Shown here one piece after another: positions 1 to 9,459 of a DNA stretch of 64,000 nucleotides. Origin of the DNA: Acidobacteriota bacterium (lineage in GTDB: Bacteria > Acidobacteriota > CAIWXX01); assembly GCA_040755995.1 (NCBI GenBank), contig JBFMAF010000037.1, positions 1-64,000 on the forward strand. Direction: 5' to 3'. Position 1 is the stretch's first letter, and every line of letters begins with the position of its first letter. The notes beneath the pieces are model-generated. The model had not been told where the DNA came from and did no database searches. It was given only the letters and a program-made list of their open reading frames with translations. The translations under genes and the position numbers were made by a program.

Positions 1-281
1 CAACCACCGGGCCTGGACATCAAGAAGAGGCCGGGTCCACCATCACTCGGCACGCAGCGCCGGCGAGCGCAGCGAGCCGCTTTTTCCGCGCCAAGGCGCG
101 GAAAAAGCATAGCGGGCTTCAGGGGAAAAAGATGTTGCGATTGAGTCAAGTTTGCCACGTCGCGTCATTCGCTCTGAATTCCCACGGTAGTCACTCCCAA
201 CTCTCGACTCTCGACTCTCGACGCGAGGCTGCGCCGCTCCAGCCGTGACATGCCTCGTGGGTCTGAGGCGCACCCTCGCTA

Positions 282-542
282 GTGGTCAAGACAGTATCTA
301 TTGCCCATGCAAAGAACCACTTGACCGGATTGGTCCGGGAAGTCGAGGCCGGCGCACAGGTCGTCATCACGAAAGACCGTGAACCGGCAGTACGCATCAT
401 CGCCGAAGAAGAGTACCAGCGGATGATGAGACAGCTCGCTGTCGATGACCTGCTTCGGATGCGGGAGGAACATATGGCAGCCGGGATCAAAGGCGAGGAA
501 CTCATCGGCGGTGTATACGATGCCAGGAACAGCCGGCCATGA
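282..542 (+). CDS. Phd/YefM family type II antitoxin
   Basis: 86 aa; VSIAHAKNHLTGLVREVEAGAQVVITKDREPAVRI fits the Phd/YefM N-terminal pattern; stop overlaps the next ATG (ATGA). Confidence 0.85.
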   Translation: MVKTVSIAHAKNHLTGLVREVEAGAQVVITKDREPAVRIIAEEEYQRMMRQLAVDDLLRMREEHMAAGIKGEELIGGVYDARNSRP

Positions 543-668
543 GTCCGGCGGTTGCAAATGCGTGTGCGATACTGGCAGCGTGGTTGCCGGGAGAGCAGCA
601 CCGGAAAGCGGCGGATACACTCTTGCTCGAGATCCGGCAGGGGAAGATCGAGCCGCATGGTCCGCTGC
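539..668 (+). pseudogene. Truncated PIN (VapC-like) toxin remnant
   Basis: Coupled to the antitoxin; AVANACAILAAWLPGE...A..LL...G.I..GP resembles a PIN N-terminus with the first Asp lost; similarity ends after about 43 aa. Confidence 0.55.
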
Positions 669-826
669 AACAAACAACGCAGGGTTTCCCGAGGCAGTCT
701 CCCGTAGTCAAGGATGTCGCCTGCGTACAGGATCAGATCGCAGCCGAGGCGATCGATCTGAGGCATGGCTTCGCGTAGCGCGTCCGCGTCGGTGTGGACG
801 TCGGAAATCAGGGCGATGCGTGTCAT
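661..826 (-). pseudogene. N-terminal remnant of a YfcE-like metallophosphoesterase
   Basis: RIALISDVH...ILYAGDILDYG shows motifs I-II of calcineurin-like phosphoesterases; the GNHD and later motifs are absent. Confidence 0.7.
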
Positions 827-1072
827 TCACCTTGGCCCTCGCGCTCGCACATCATGCCCTTCTATCGCGGAGGATTGGTTTTGAGACGGTCCATTCTCAC
901 AGGCTGTCCCGGCTGCCCTCCTGACACCCGAGAAGCTGCGAATGCTGTGGCCATCAGCCCTTCCGTGCGTCAAGCCTCGACCGGGGAGTGGCGGTCACCG
1001 TGGCAATCCATCGAGCATTCACCGCAACGTACGCGCACGAACCACTCGGCAACAATCCAGTCTGGCGCGGCC

Positions 1073-1101
1073 TTGACAAACTTACGCATTGTAAGTAGAC
1101 C
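1073..1101 (+). promoter_or_regulatory. Sigma70-like promoter with overlapping palindromic operator
   Basis: TTGACA-N17-TAGACC with the inverted repeat ACTTAC-N5-GTAAGT; followed only by a short ORF (MIMELLLGHEDYLRILLAVR...). Confidence 0.5.
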
Positions 1102-1575
1102 CCTGGCATGATCATGGAACTTCTACTAGGCCACGAGGATTACCTTCGCATCCTGCTCGCAGTGCGCAATCAGTTTCGATGCGTCAGGATTGCCTTCGAT
1201 ACGCGAATTTTCTGACCTAATAGGGTCATTGCATTCACCTAGGTCGACTCCATGTTGCCGTACTGACGCGGCCCCTCGGGCAGCACCATCCACGTCGCGC
1301 AGGGCGCGCTGCGACACCCGGTCTACTGAATGGCGAAGAGTGGAATGCGGCGAAGAGAAAGTGCGAGGCGGGAGGCGGAGCTAGACGGCGTGCGGTCGGG
1401 CTGACCGCGGAGTACACCGGACCCGCAGAGAATCCGCTATCCCCTTGTGCGGCACACTCTGCATGCCCTGTGTCCTCCGCGATCAGTTCCGATTCCTGCC
1501 CGTCTCTTCAGGAGCGGCGCGCGGCGGCCGGTTGTAACTCACCGAGCCGGCCGCGCGGTCCATGGGAGTCTCGGG

Positions 1576-1941
1576 CTAGATACCTGGGTAGGCGTCCCAC
1601 TTTACGAAGAAGATGATCAGGTTGATCAGCAACACGTAAATGGCAAGTGATTCGATCAGCACCAGACCGAAGATCAGCGAGAATCGGATCTGCGGCGACG
1701 CGCCCGGATTGCGAGCGATCCCGTTGCACGCGGCGCTCACGGAGATCCCCTGAGACAGCGCGCAGATCGCGGCGGCAAAACCGAGGCTGAATGCGCCGGC
1801 GATGATCGACCACTTGAAGAGCTGGACCTTGCCCAGGTTGCCTCCCGCTGCCGCCACACCTTCCTCTTGAGCGAAGGCCGGGCCGGCAAGGGTCAGCGCC
1901 AGGATACCCAGGATCGCGACGAGCATGATCCTCTTTTTCAA
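1576..1941 (-). CDS. atpE: F0F1 ATP synthase subunit c
   Basis: IARNP loop and GLVLIESLAIY ion-binding helix; TTG start after an AGGAGG RBS; downstream of atpB. Confidence 0.95.
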   Translation of the reverse strand: MKKRIMLVAILGILALTLAGPAFAQEEGVAAAGGNLGKVQLFKWSIIAGAFSLGFAAAICALSQGISVSAACNGIARNPGASPQIRFSLIFGLVLIESLAIYVLLINLIIFFVKWDAYPGI

Positions 1942-1968
1942 GCGTGTCCTCCTTATGTGAACGATGGA

Positions 1969-2736
1969 TCAGTGACTGTGAGCCTCTTGGTGTCCATCTT
2001 CTTCTTCGGCTGCGATCGCACCGCCGATGTATATGCAGGAGAGCATGACGAAGACGAAGGTCTGCACGACTCCCGTGAAGAGCGCCATGAACTGCATCGG
2101 CAGCGGAACGAACAGCGGGACCAGGCTGAACAGAATCAGGATGACGAGGTCCTCGCCGAAGATGTTGCCGAAAAGACGGACCGACAAAGACACGATGCGC
2201 GAGAAATGGCTGATGATCTCGATCGGGACGACGATAGGAGCCAATGCCGGGATCGGGCCCGCGAAGTGCTTCAGATAGTGCAGGATTCCCTGCTCCCGAA
2301 TGCCGGATGCGTGATAGTAAATGAAGATGGTAACGGCGCACGCGACGGTGACGTTCAGATTGGCGGTCGGCGATGCGCACGTGGGAATAAGCCCGATGAG
2401 ATTGGATGCCAGGATGAAAAGGCCCAGCGTCCCCACGACCGGGAGGTACTTCGCGCCTTTCTCCCCCACGACATCCAGCAGCAGGCCCCGGAAGAAATCG
2501 ACGATGAGCTCGATCACCTGTTGGCCGGGCCCTGGAATCAGCCTGTAACGATTTCGCATCGCCCAGGAGAACCCGACGAGCAACACAGCCACGATTAGCG
2601 CCATGGCGACGTGATCAGGAATCGGCCTGTGGTGGTTCAACTCTACGCCGAAGAGTCCGGCAAGCCAGAGGGCAACGTTGCCGAACACCCAGTTGAAGGC
2701 CCCGGGCAGCCAGGGTTCGTGAGCTATTCCTTCCAT
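1969..2736 (-). CDS. atpB: F0F1 ATP synthase subunit a
   Basis: SNLIGLIP, PTANLN, SLSVRLFGNIFGE and QTFVF..LS..YI motifs; start set at MEGIAHEP. Confidence 0.95.
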   Translation of the reverse strand: MEGIAHEPWLPGAFNWVFGNVALWLAGLFGVELNHHRPIPDHVAMALIVAVLLVGFSWAMRNRYRLIPGPGQQVIELIVDFFRGLLLDVVGEKGAKYLPVVGTLGLFILASNLIGLIPTCASPTANLNVTVACAVTIFIYYHASGIREQGILHYLKHFAGPIPALAPIVVPIEIISHFSRIVSLSVRLFGNIFGEDLVILILFSLVPLFVPLPMQFMALFTGVVQTFVFVMLSCIYIGGAIAAEEEDGHQEAHSH

Positions 2737-3092
2737 TCGAGTACCAGCCCCATAGTAACGCCCGGGATGATCATCGTGACTCCCACGACGACGCCCACCG
2801 GGCTCAGTTTCAGAAGCGGGATGATAGCAAAAAAGCACAAACCCAGCAACATGAATCTGCCCAGAAACGCGCCATAGCCCTTCCTCCCGGGTCGATCCGT
2901 CAGCTTCCCCACACCGCGCACTATCAGCACCGTGTTCATCATCACTATCGCGCTGCCAGCTATCGTCGCCGCAAAGGCCCAGAATCCGGAGATCCACCAC
3001 ATGACGAGCCCAGCCACGCCGGTCAGAACCGCGGTGATGAGCAGGGAGCGGCGAGCGAACCGCCGCAGCGCGTCACTCTCCACTGTCGTCAA
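2724..3092 (-). CDS. atpI: ATP synthase protein I (4-TM)
   Basis: Hydrophobic 122-aa protein directly upstream of atpB. Confidence 0.7.
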   Translation of the reverse strand: MTTVESDALRRFARRSLLITAVLTGVAGLVMWWISGFWAFAATIAGSAIVMMNTVLIVRGVGKLTDRPGRKGYGAFLGRFMLLGLCFFAIIPLLKLSPVGVVVGVTMIIPGVTMGLVLEWKE

Positions 3093-3312
3093 ACTTCGAC
3101 ACGACTTTGAACAGATTCACGAATCCGGCCGCTATCCCGAACAGCGCGAAGAGCATCAGCAACCAGGGATCCGTACCGAGGAGTCGATCCAGCAGGTAGC
3201 CGAAAAACAACCCGATGCCGATTGATGCGGGGAACATGATCCCCACCGTCGACAGCAACGACAGCTTCCGGTAGAAAGCCGCCTTCCGCTCTCGCTCCTC
3301 AGGCTCCACCAT
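3073..3312 (-). CDS. AtpZ/AtpI family small membrane protein
   Basis: GLFFGYLLDRLLGTDPWLLMLFALFGIAAGF signature; first gene of the atp operon. Confidence 0.9.
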   Translation of the reverse strand: MVEPEERERKAAFYRKLSLLSTVGIMFPASIGIGLFFGYLLDRLLGTDPWLLMLFALFGIAAGFVNLFKVVSKFDDSGE

Positions 3313-3351
3313 GATGAAATCAGGGCGGCGAGAGCCGGGAAATCTGCATTG

Positions 3352-3582
3352 CTAGCGATCGCATGCGTCGCGCTCGTTCCTCAGGAATGAGTCAGCCTCG
3401 CTCGCCGTGGAATAGCATCCCCTGCCCCTACCAAGCAGGCTGGCCAGGGGAGGAGGCTCGGGCTCGGCCGCTTCAACGACGACCACAACATCCGCCCCCA
3501 CACCGGCTGGGAGCTCCGGCCGGCGGATTTCCACTACGCTCCTGGTCCCCACGATGACACGCTCGCGAACCTCCCAACTCAT
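3352..3582 (-). CDS. Small hypothetical protein, antitoxin-like, no partner toxin
   Basis: Beta-rich N-terminus and C-terminal SLLGRGRGCYSTASEADSFLRNERD, like VapB-type antitoxin tails; RBS present. Confidence 0.55.
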   Translation of the reverse strand: MSWEVRERVIVGTRSVVEIRRPELPAGVGADVVVVVEAAEPEPPPLASLLGRGRGCYSTASEADSFLRNERDACDR

Positions 3583-3666
3583 GACCTTCTTCTCCTCATT
3601 CAACCTCAATTGTACCACCGAATCACGGTGCGAACATTCTCTCCTCGGTGCCGCCGCCGACTGAGC

Positions 3667-4098
3667 TCAGCGTGCGATGACGCGAGCCAAGCCCAGCAAC
3701 AGGAGACTCAACAGTCCACCGAGGGCGCTCCCAATCAGCGTGACCCTCTCCAACTGTGTCAGCAGGGAGAGTCGACCCGCCAGAATGAGGAGGAGGACAG
3801 GCAGTCCCGCAAGCAGGAATGGGATGGAGGTGAACGAGAGCTGCCGCGCGAGCTGTTCGGCCGGAGATGGGCGGATGCTGATGAGCAGGAGTCCGGTGCT
3901 GCCAGAAGCATCCACGACGAGCGGAGGATTCGACTCGCGCACTCGGTCGCGTGCGAGCAGGAAGAACAGAGCCATATTCACAAGCGCGATCCACGCTAGA
4001 ACCACAAGAGCGAGACGGCATGGAGCCCGCCAGTTCGGCTGCAGATGGCCTTCAGCGTGCGTGTCCGGCGGCTCTTCGCGCATGTCGGCTCGGCTCAT
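3667..4098 (-). CDS. Hypothetical membrane protein
   Basis: Three hydrophobic segments; no recognised family. Confidence 0.5.
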   Translation of the reverse strand: MSRADMREEPPDTHAEGHLQPNWRAPCRLALVVLAWIALVNMALFFLLARDRVRESNPPLVVDASGSTGLLLISIRPSPAEQLARQLSFTSIPFLLAGLPVLLLILAGRLSLLTQLERVTLIGSALGGLLSLLLLGLARVIAR

Positions 4099-4164
4099 TC
4101 CCCCCGATGCACATCCCGTTGCGCCCGCGGCTCGCTCAGCGAATCGCGACCGATCCTGCGCTCT

Positions 4165-5028
4165 TCACGCGTCCCGCTCCTCGGTCCCCTCCGGTGTCGT
4201 CACCTTGCTGAAGTAGATGTAGAGTCGAGCCGTAGCGGTCCGGGCGAGCTCGCGGAGCGTCTCGAGCTCGAGAAGGCGCAGCAGCGCGGGGTGCTTGCTG
4301 TATGCGTCCGCAGCCTGCTCTCGCTGGCGGAGCGCCTGCACGTCGGCTTCAGTCTTCAGCCTCAGCACCTCGGCATCCCTTTCGGCGACTAGGCGTTGTG
4401 CCTCCGAGCGTGCCTCGACTTCGAGTCTGCTCGATTCGGCCTTCGACTGAGCCTCTATACGTTGCGCCTCCGCCTTCGTGCGTGCCTCCACCAGCTGCAC
4501 CTGGCTCATGCGCTCGGCCGCGAGCACGCGGTTCATGATCTCCTGGAGGTTCCCCGGGAAGACCAGGTCCTTGACGTCCGCTCGCAGTATCGTGACTCCG
4601 TAGCCTGTGGCGGCCTCCTTCACATCACGCCGGATGTCCTCGCTGAGACGGTTGCGGTTCGTCAGAATCTCCTCCAGGGTCGTGGATGCGAGCGACCGGC
4701 GTGCCGCCAGCTGCACGTCGCCATAGAGGCGGTCCTGGAAGCTCTCGACCTGGTGGATGGCGGCGCGAGGGTCATTGACCCGGAATTGCACAATGATGCT
4801 CACACGGATCGCAACCTTGTCCGCCGTCAGGATCTCCTGACCCTTAATGGTCAGGTCGCGCTCGCGCACGTCGACCAGCACGATCTCGACCTTCGGGCGA
4901 CGATAGAACCCGATGTTCAGCCGCCACGGGATCAAGTGGCGACCGGCCTCCAGAACCCTCACCAGCACCCCATCCTCGTACCGCAGCCCGCGGTGCGTGT
5001 CTTTGATGATGACTTCCCGTCGCGCCAT
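4165..5028 (-). CDS. Slipin family SPFH/band-7 protein
   Basis: RGLRYEDG, GQEILTADKV, DVKDLVFPG and LLRLLELETL motifs with a coiled-coil region. Confidence 0.9.
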   Translation of the reverse strand: MARREVIIKDTHRGLRYEDGVLVRVLEAGRHLIPWRLNIGFYRRPKVEIVLVDVRERDLTIKGQEILTADKVAIRVSIIVQFRVNDPRAAIHQVESFQDRLYGDVQLAARRSLASTTLEEILTNRNRLSEDIRRDVKEAATGYGVTILRADVKDLVFPGNLQEIMNRVLAAERMSQVQLVEARTKAEAQRIEAQSKAESSRLEVEARSEAQRLVAERDAEVLRLKTEADVQALRQREQAADAYSKHPALLRLLELETLRELARTATARLYIYFSKVTTPEGTEERDA

Positions 5029-5046
5029 GTCTGAGCTCCGTTGTTG

Positions 5047-5163
5047 GGCCCCGCAGCAGGGCCGATGTGGTGTACGAGCTTTCAGATTAGTATCCGCTGA
5101 GTCACGATCGCATTGAGTGACAGCGGTAGCTGATGTCCGCTCGCGCCTGACCCTGCCGGGGCC
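5047..5163 (-). ncRNA. Candidate structured leader or ncRNA upstream of slipin
   Basis: Nested helices GGCCCCG/CGGGGCC, GCAGGGUC/GGCCCUGC, GCGAGC/GCUCGU, CCGCUG/CAGCGG and UCAC/GUGA; 5' end lies 7 nt downstream of TGnTACAAT. Confidence 0.5.
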
Positions 5164-5319
5164 GGGTCGATTGTATCACAGACATACATCTATCCATCGC
5201 GACGGGCCACTGATCGTGGCGACTGATGCAGGAAGCGGAGAGGAAGACGCGCATTGACGCCGCCCCCGGGACCCCGCCGGCTGCTGGAGCGATGGCGAGT
5301 ACTGCGGTAGGATTGCGGG

Positions 5320-6480
5320 ATGACCTGGACCTTTCTGAACATCCTGATCGTGATCGTTGCGTTTCAGCTGCTCTTCTTCTCGGTCTTTCTGGCAACGCGG
5401 CGGAGCGAGTTCCGGGTCCGGTACAGGCTCCTGGCTCTGTTCTTGTTCTCGATGGCGCTCCCGCTTTTGAGTTTCATCCTGTACCGGGCCGATCTCTCGA
5501 TCTATCTCTCGTATCCATACCTGTTCTGGTTCGGCAATTCGTTCGGGCTCTTGTGGGGACCCTCGCTGTACCTGTATGTCCGATCGCTCGTCGACCGCGA
5601 CTTCGGATTCAAGAAACTCGACGCGTTGCATCTCATCCCGCTCGCCCTCTACTGGTTGTACAAACTACTCTACTTCCACGTCCACGGCGCGCACGTGAAG
5701 CTCGAGCTGCTGCTCGTAGGCAAAGTGCTCGACTCCACCGACCTCCTCGTCGCCGGTATCGCGCTGCATGTCATCGTTCTGGCCTATACGGCGGCCTCCT
5801 GGCGGGCCTTGGCTGTCTACCGGCGGGGACTCAGAGACGCCTATTCCTCGATCGAGAAGATCGATCTCTCGTGGCTGCGGTTCGTGCTGGTGGGGTTCGG
5901 GCTCGTGTGGATCGCGGCGCTCGGCAATTCGCTCGTCTCGTTCGTCCGAGGATATCCGGCCTTGCTCTTCTGCACGGCGAACGTTCTGTATGTCTTCTGT
6001 GCCTCGAACGTGATCCTCTTCAAGGGGCTCAGGCAGAACGAGGCCTTCTCGGGCCTCGAACAGAGGACCAAGTACGCGCAGTCGACGCTGAGCAGGGCTG
6101 ACTCGGAGAAGCATCTGGAGAGGTTGAGGACGCTGATGGAGGAGGAGGAGCTGTACTTGACACCGTCCTTGAGCGTCGACCAGCTCGCACAGAAGTTGCA
6201 CATCCAGCCTCGCCACCTCTCGCAGACGATCAACGACTGCGCCGGGCAGAGCTTCATCGACTTCGTCAACAGATACAGGATCGAGGAGGCCAAGAGGTTG
6301 TTGAAGGATCCAGAGCATAAGAGGACGATCCTGGAGGTCGCCTACCAGTCGGGCTTCAACTCCAAAGCCACCTTCAACAGCGCCTTTCGGAAGTCCGCCG
6401 GCATGACGCCGAGCAGGTTCCGGAAGGCCCGAGAGGGGATTTTGGGCTCCGACTCCGCGAGAGGACGTACGGAATCCTGA
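5320..6480 (+). CDS. AraC family regulator with N-terminal multi-TM sensor domain
   Basis: About 7 TM segments, then SFIDFVNRYRIEEAK...ILEVAYQSGFNSKATFNSAFRK..GMTPS. Confidence 0.93.
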   Translation: MTWTFLNILIVIVAFQLLFFSVFLATRRSEFRVRYRLLALFLFSMALPLLSFILYRADLSIYLSYPYLFWFGNSFGLLWGPSLYLYVRSLVDRDFGFKKLDALHLIPLALYWLYKLLYFHVHGAHVKLELLLVGKVLDSTDLLVAGIALHVIVLAYTAASWRALAVYRRGLRDAYSSIEKIDLSWLRFVLVGFGLVWIAALGNSLVSFVRGYPALLFCTANVLYVFCASNVILFKGLRQNEAFSGLEQRTKYAQSTLSRADSEKHLERLRTLMEEEELYLTPSLSVDQLAQKLHIQPRHLSQTINDCAGQSFIDFVNRYRIEEAKRLLKDPEHKRTILEVAYQSGFNSKATFNSAFRKSAGMTPSRFRKAREGILGSDSARGRTES

Positions 6481-6551
6481 TTCCGGGCGCGCACCTGCCC
6501 TCCGGCGTTCCATACTTGTCCCGTGAGAAGCACGGATGCTGCGGAGGATCA

Positions 6552-7325
6552 ATGAGAACGCCTTTGCTCGTGTGCGGTTCTCTGCTCGTGGCGGCTGCGC
6601 TTGCCGCGGACACCCACATAAGGGTTGGATGCCATTCTGACGGCTATTACAACTACGGCAACGTCGTCCCGCCCGCGGACAGCGAAGTCGAGTATTGGAT
6701 TGGGGGAGGGAGGCTTGCCTACATCACGCCGAGGCTCAGACTCGTCCTCGACGGTCCGTCGGGAACGTTCTTGGTCGTGGATCGGAACGACTCCAGCTGT
6801 GTGGAGTTGCCGCTGCCGCTCGACGCATCGAAGAGCGTCTCGCCTGATGTGCAGTCCTACTTCATGCAAGACCGGGCAGGCGGGACGGTGGTGGAGACCG
6901 TGGAGCTCCGGATCGACGGGAGGCCATGTCAGGGATACGAGGTCCGCTTCTGGATTGAAGAACAGGATAGCCGGTACGAGGACAGAATCGAAACGATCTG
7001 GACGACGCAGGACGTCCCGTTCGACCTGGAGACGTACCACCTCTTCACCCGCGTCCTCCACGGCCTGTATCGCGACGTGACCCATTGGGATGCTGCATTG
7101 GTCGATCAACTGAACTCGGTCAGGGGATTCCCCGTCTTGCGGGAAGGCAAGTACTTCATGAAAGGAGTGCCTAGGAACGCCACCCGCAGGTTGGTGGAGA
7201 TGACGGACGAGGACCCGCCGCCCCGTGTCTATTCCGTGCCAATGGAGATCGAGCGGGAGGCGCTACTCACGCTCAAGCACGTCAACCCGTTCCCGTATCA
7301 CGGGGAATGGGGGATCCTGGAGTAG
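6552..7325 (+). CDS. Secreted hypothetical protein (DUF4412-like)
   Basis: Signal peptide; IDGRPCQGYEV...IWTTQDVP...GFPV pattern; GGAGG RBS. Confidence 0.6.
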   Translation: MRTPLLVCGSLLVAAALAADTHIRVGCHSDGYYNYGNVVPPADSEVEYWIGGGRLAYITPRLRLVLDGPSGTFLVVDRNDSSCVELPLPLDASKSVSPDVQSYFMQDRAGGTVVETVELRIDGRPCQGYEVRFWIEEQDSRYEDRIETIWTTQDVPFDLETYHLFTRVLHGLYRDVTHWDAALVDQLNSVRGFPVLREGKYFMKGVPRNATRRLVEMTDEDPPPRVYSVPMEIEREALLTLKHVNPFPYHGEWGILE

Positions 7326-7340
7326 CGGAGGGAAGACCAG

Positions 7341-8564
7341 ATGAGCACGCAAGACAAGAGATCCAAGCTCAGTCGCAGGCAGTTCCTGGCAGCAGGCATG
7401 TCAGGCATCTCCGGGACCGTGATCGCTGGTTCATTGGGGCGCTCGCCGGTCGGAACCAGCTCAGGTGTCACCACCAGGCGACCGGCGGCAGTATGCAGAA
7501 CCCTAGGAAAAACGGGGATTAGATTGCCGATCATCAGTATGGGCGCGGTGAACACGAACAACCCGGCGCTCATTCGCGCGGCCCTGGACGCCGGTATTGT
7601 CTACTTCGACACGGGATACTACTACCAGAGCGGCAGAAACGAGGAAATGCTCGGCGAAGTGCTGTCGGGACGTTCCCGCGGGTCATTCTGCATCTCCTCC
7701 AAGGTGATGGGAGAGCACGAGGACCACGTCCGTGGGACGTTCACGGATGCGGCCAGCCCGGAGAGTTTCGGCCGGAAATTCGCGACGAGCTTGCGGCGGC
7801 TGCGGCTGGACTACGTGGACATCTTCTTTCTGCATAACGCCGGCAGCAGGAGTTCCGCGCTGTACGAACCGCTGCTCTCGACCATGCTGCGGTTCAAGAG
7901 GGATGGGAAAGCCCGGTTCATCGGGGTGTCGACGCACATCAACGAGCCCGAAGTGATACGTGCGGCAGTCGAGAGCAAGGTCTACGACGTTGTCATGACC
8001 GCGTACAACTTCCGCCAGCCGCACTGCGAGGAGGTCGGGAAGGCGATCGGTGAGGCCGCCCGGGCGGGTCTGGGTGTAGTCGCGATGAAGACGCAGGCGG
8101 GAGTCTACTGGGACCAGGACACGAAGCACCCCATCAACATGAAGGCGGCGTTGAAATGGGCGTTGAAGAACCCGGACGTCCACACGGCGATCCCGGGAAT
8201 CACAACGTTCGACCAGTTGGCGCTCGACCTGTCGGTCATGGCAGAGCCGGACCTCACGCCTGAAGAGCTGGCCGATCTCGAACGGCCGGGACTGTCGGGA
8301 TTGTACTGCGCCCAATGCCGTCGTTGCGTCCCGCAGTGTCCGTACGGCACGGACATCCCAACCCTGATGAGGGCCTACATGTATGCGCGCGGCTACCAGG
8401 ACCCGGCCGCCGCGAAGCTCGCACTCGATCGCGCCGGAATCAATCGGACCGCCTGCGACCGATGCGAGTCCTGCGCGGTCCGCTGCACCATGGGCTTCGA
8501 CGTCGCCGCGAAGGTCAAGGACATCATCCGCGTGGTCGATGTGCCGGACGAGTTCTTGACGTGA
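7341..8564 (+). CDS. Aldo/keto reductase with Tat-like leader and C-terminal Fe-S domain
   Basis: SRRQFL; RTLGKTG, FDTG..Y, SLRRLRLDYVD..FLH; CxxCxxCxxxCP and CxxCxxCxxxC. Confidence 0.9.
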   Translation: MSTQDKRSKLSRRQFLAAGMSGISGTVIAGSLGRSPVGTSSGVTTRRPAAVCRTLGKTGIRLPIISMGAVNTNNPALIRAALDAGIVYFDTGYYYQSGRNEEMLGEVLSGRSRGSFCISSKVMGEHEDHVRGTFTDAASPESFGRKFATSLRRLRLDYVDIFFLHNAGSRSSALYEPLLSTMLRFKRDGKARFIGVSTHINEPEVIRAAVESKVYDVVMTAYNFRQPHCEEVGKAIGEAARAGLGVVAMKTQAGVYWDQDTKHPINMKAALKWALKNPDVHTAIPGITTFDQLALDLSVMAEPDLTPEELADLERPGLSGLYCAQCRRCVPQCPYGTDIPTLMRAYMYARGYQDPAAAKLALDRAGINRTACDRCESCAVRCTMGFDVAAKVKDIIRVVDVPDEFLT

Positions 8565-8601
8565 CGGCGACCAGTCTCCGGTCTCGATGTGTGCCCGGCC
8601 C

Positions 8602-9279
8602 TCAGAGCCGCCCGTCGACCTCCCTGTTGAGCCGTTTGAAGAACCCCACCATGCAGCGATGCCGCTCGGCGGCGATCCTCTTCCCTTCGCGAGTGAACAT
8701 GCGGTCTTTGATCTTGCTCAGCTTCACGTGATACTCCCGGTAGGCCGTGTCTTCCTTCGAATAGGATTTCGCTTTTCGGATGTCGATGTCCTTGTTGTGG
8801 AGCCGGGCGCCGACCTCACCGGCGAACAAGAACGCCCTTCCGATTCCGACGGCGCCGATCGAGTCGAGCTTGTCGGCGTCGAAGAGGATCATGGCCTCTT
8901 TCGTCGCCGGCGTCCCGCCCTTTCGGAATCGATGCGTGCGGATGCATCGGACGACATGCTCGGCGGTCTTCTCCGGAATGCCGTGCTTCGCAAGTATTCG
9001 GCGGGCCATCGCGGCACCGGCCTCGGCATGGCAGGTCACACCGTCTGACCGATCCTCGCGCGCCCGCCCGATATCGTGCAGAACGGCGGCGAGCCGCAGC
9101 ACATCGAGGTTCGCTCCCTCCCGCCTCCCGATACGCAGACATAGCTGCAGCACACGCTCGGCATGGCCCCGGTCATGGCTCCCGCGCGCGTCCTCGAAGA
9201 ACCCTCTGGCCCGTTTCTCGATGCGATGGAACTGCGCCGTCGACAGAGGTCGCTTCGGGACTCGCGAGCGGTTTCTCAC
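8602..9279 (-). CDS. HD domain phosphohydrolase
   Basis: SHDRGHAERV, AAVLHDIGR and DADKLDSIGAVG motifs. Confidence 0.9.
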   Translation of the reverse strand: MRNRSRVPKRPLSTAQFHRIEKRARGFFEDARGSHDRGHAERVLQLCLRIGRREGANLDVLRLAAVLHDIGRAREDRSDGVTCHAEAGAAMARRILAKHGIPEKTAEHVVRCIRTHRFRKGGTPATKEAMILFDADKLDSIGAVGIGRAFLFAGEVGARLHNKDIDIRKAKSYSKEDTAYREYHVKLSKIKDRMFTREGKRIAAERHRCMVGFFKRLNREVDGRL

Positions 9280-9459
9280 CTGCAGCCCTCGATCGGCGCG
9301 AGTGGGCTCTCCGGTCGATGGGCGCCCCGCTCGAACGTCGCCCGGTCGCCTCCATCTGCCATGCGCGTGCGATTATAACGAACTGACCGGCTCGCCGTCA
9401 GCCCGGCGCTCGATGCTTACACTTGCAACCGATTCGGTGGAGAGGGTAAAAGGTGAGAG

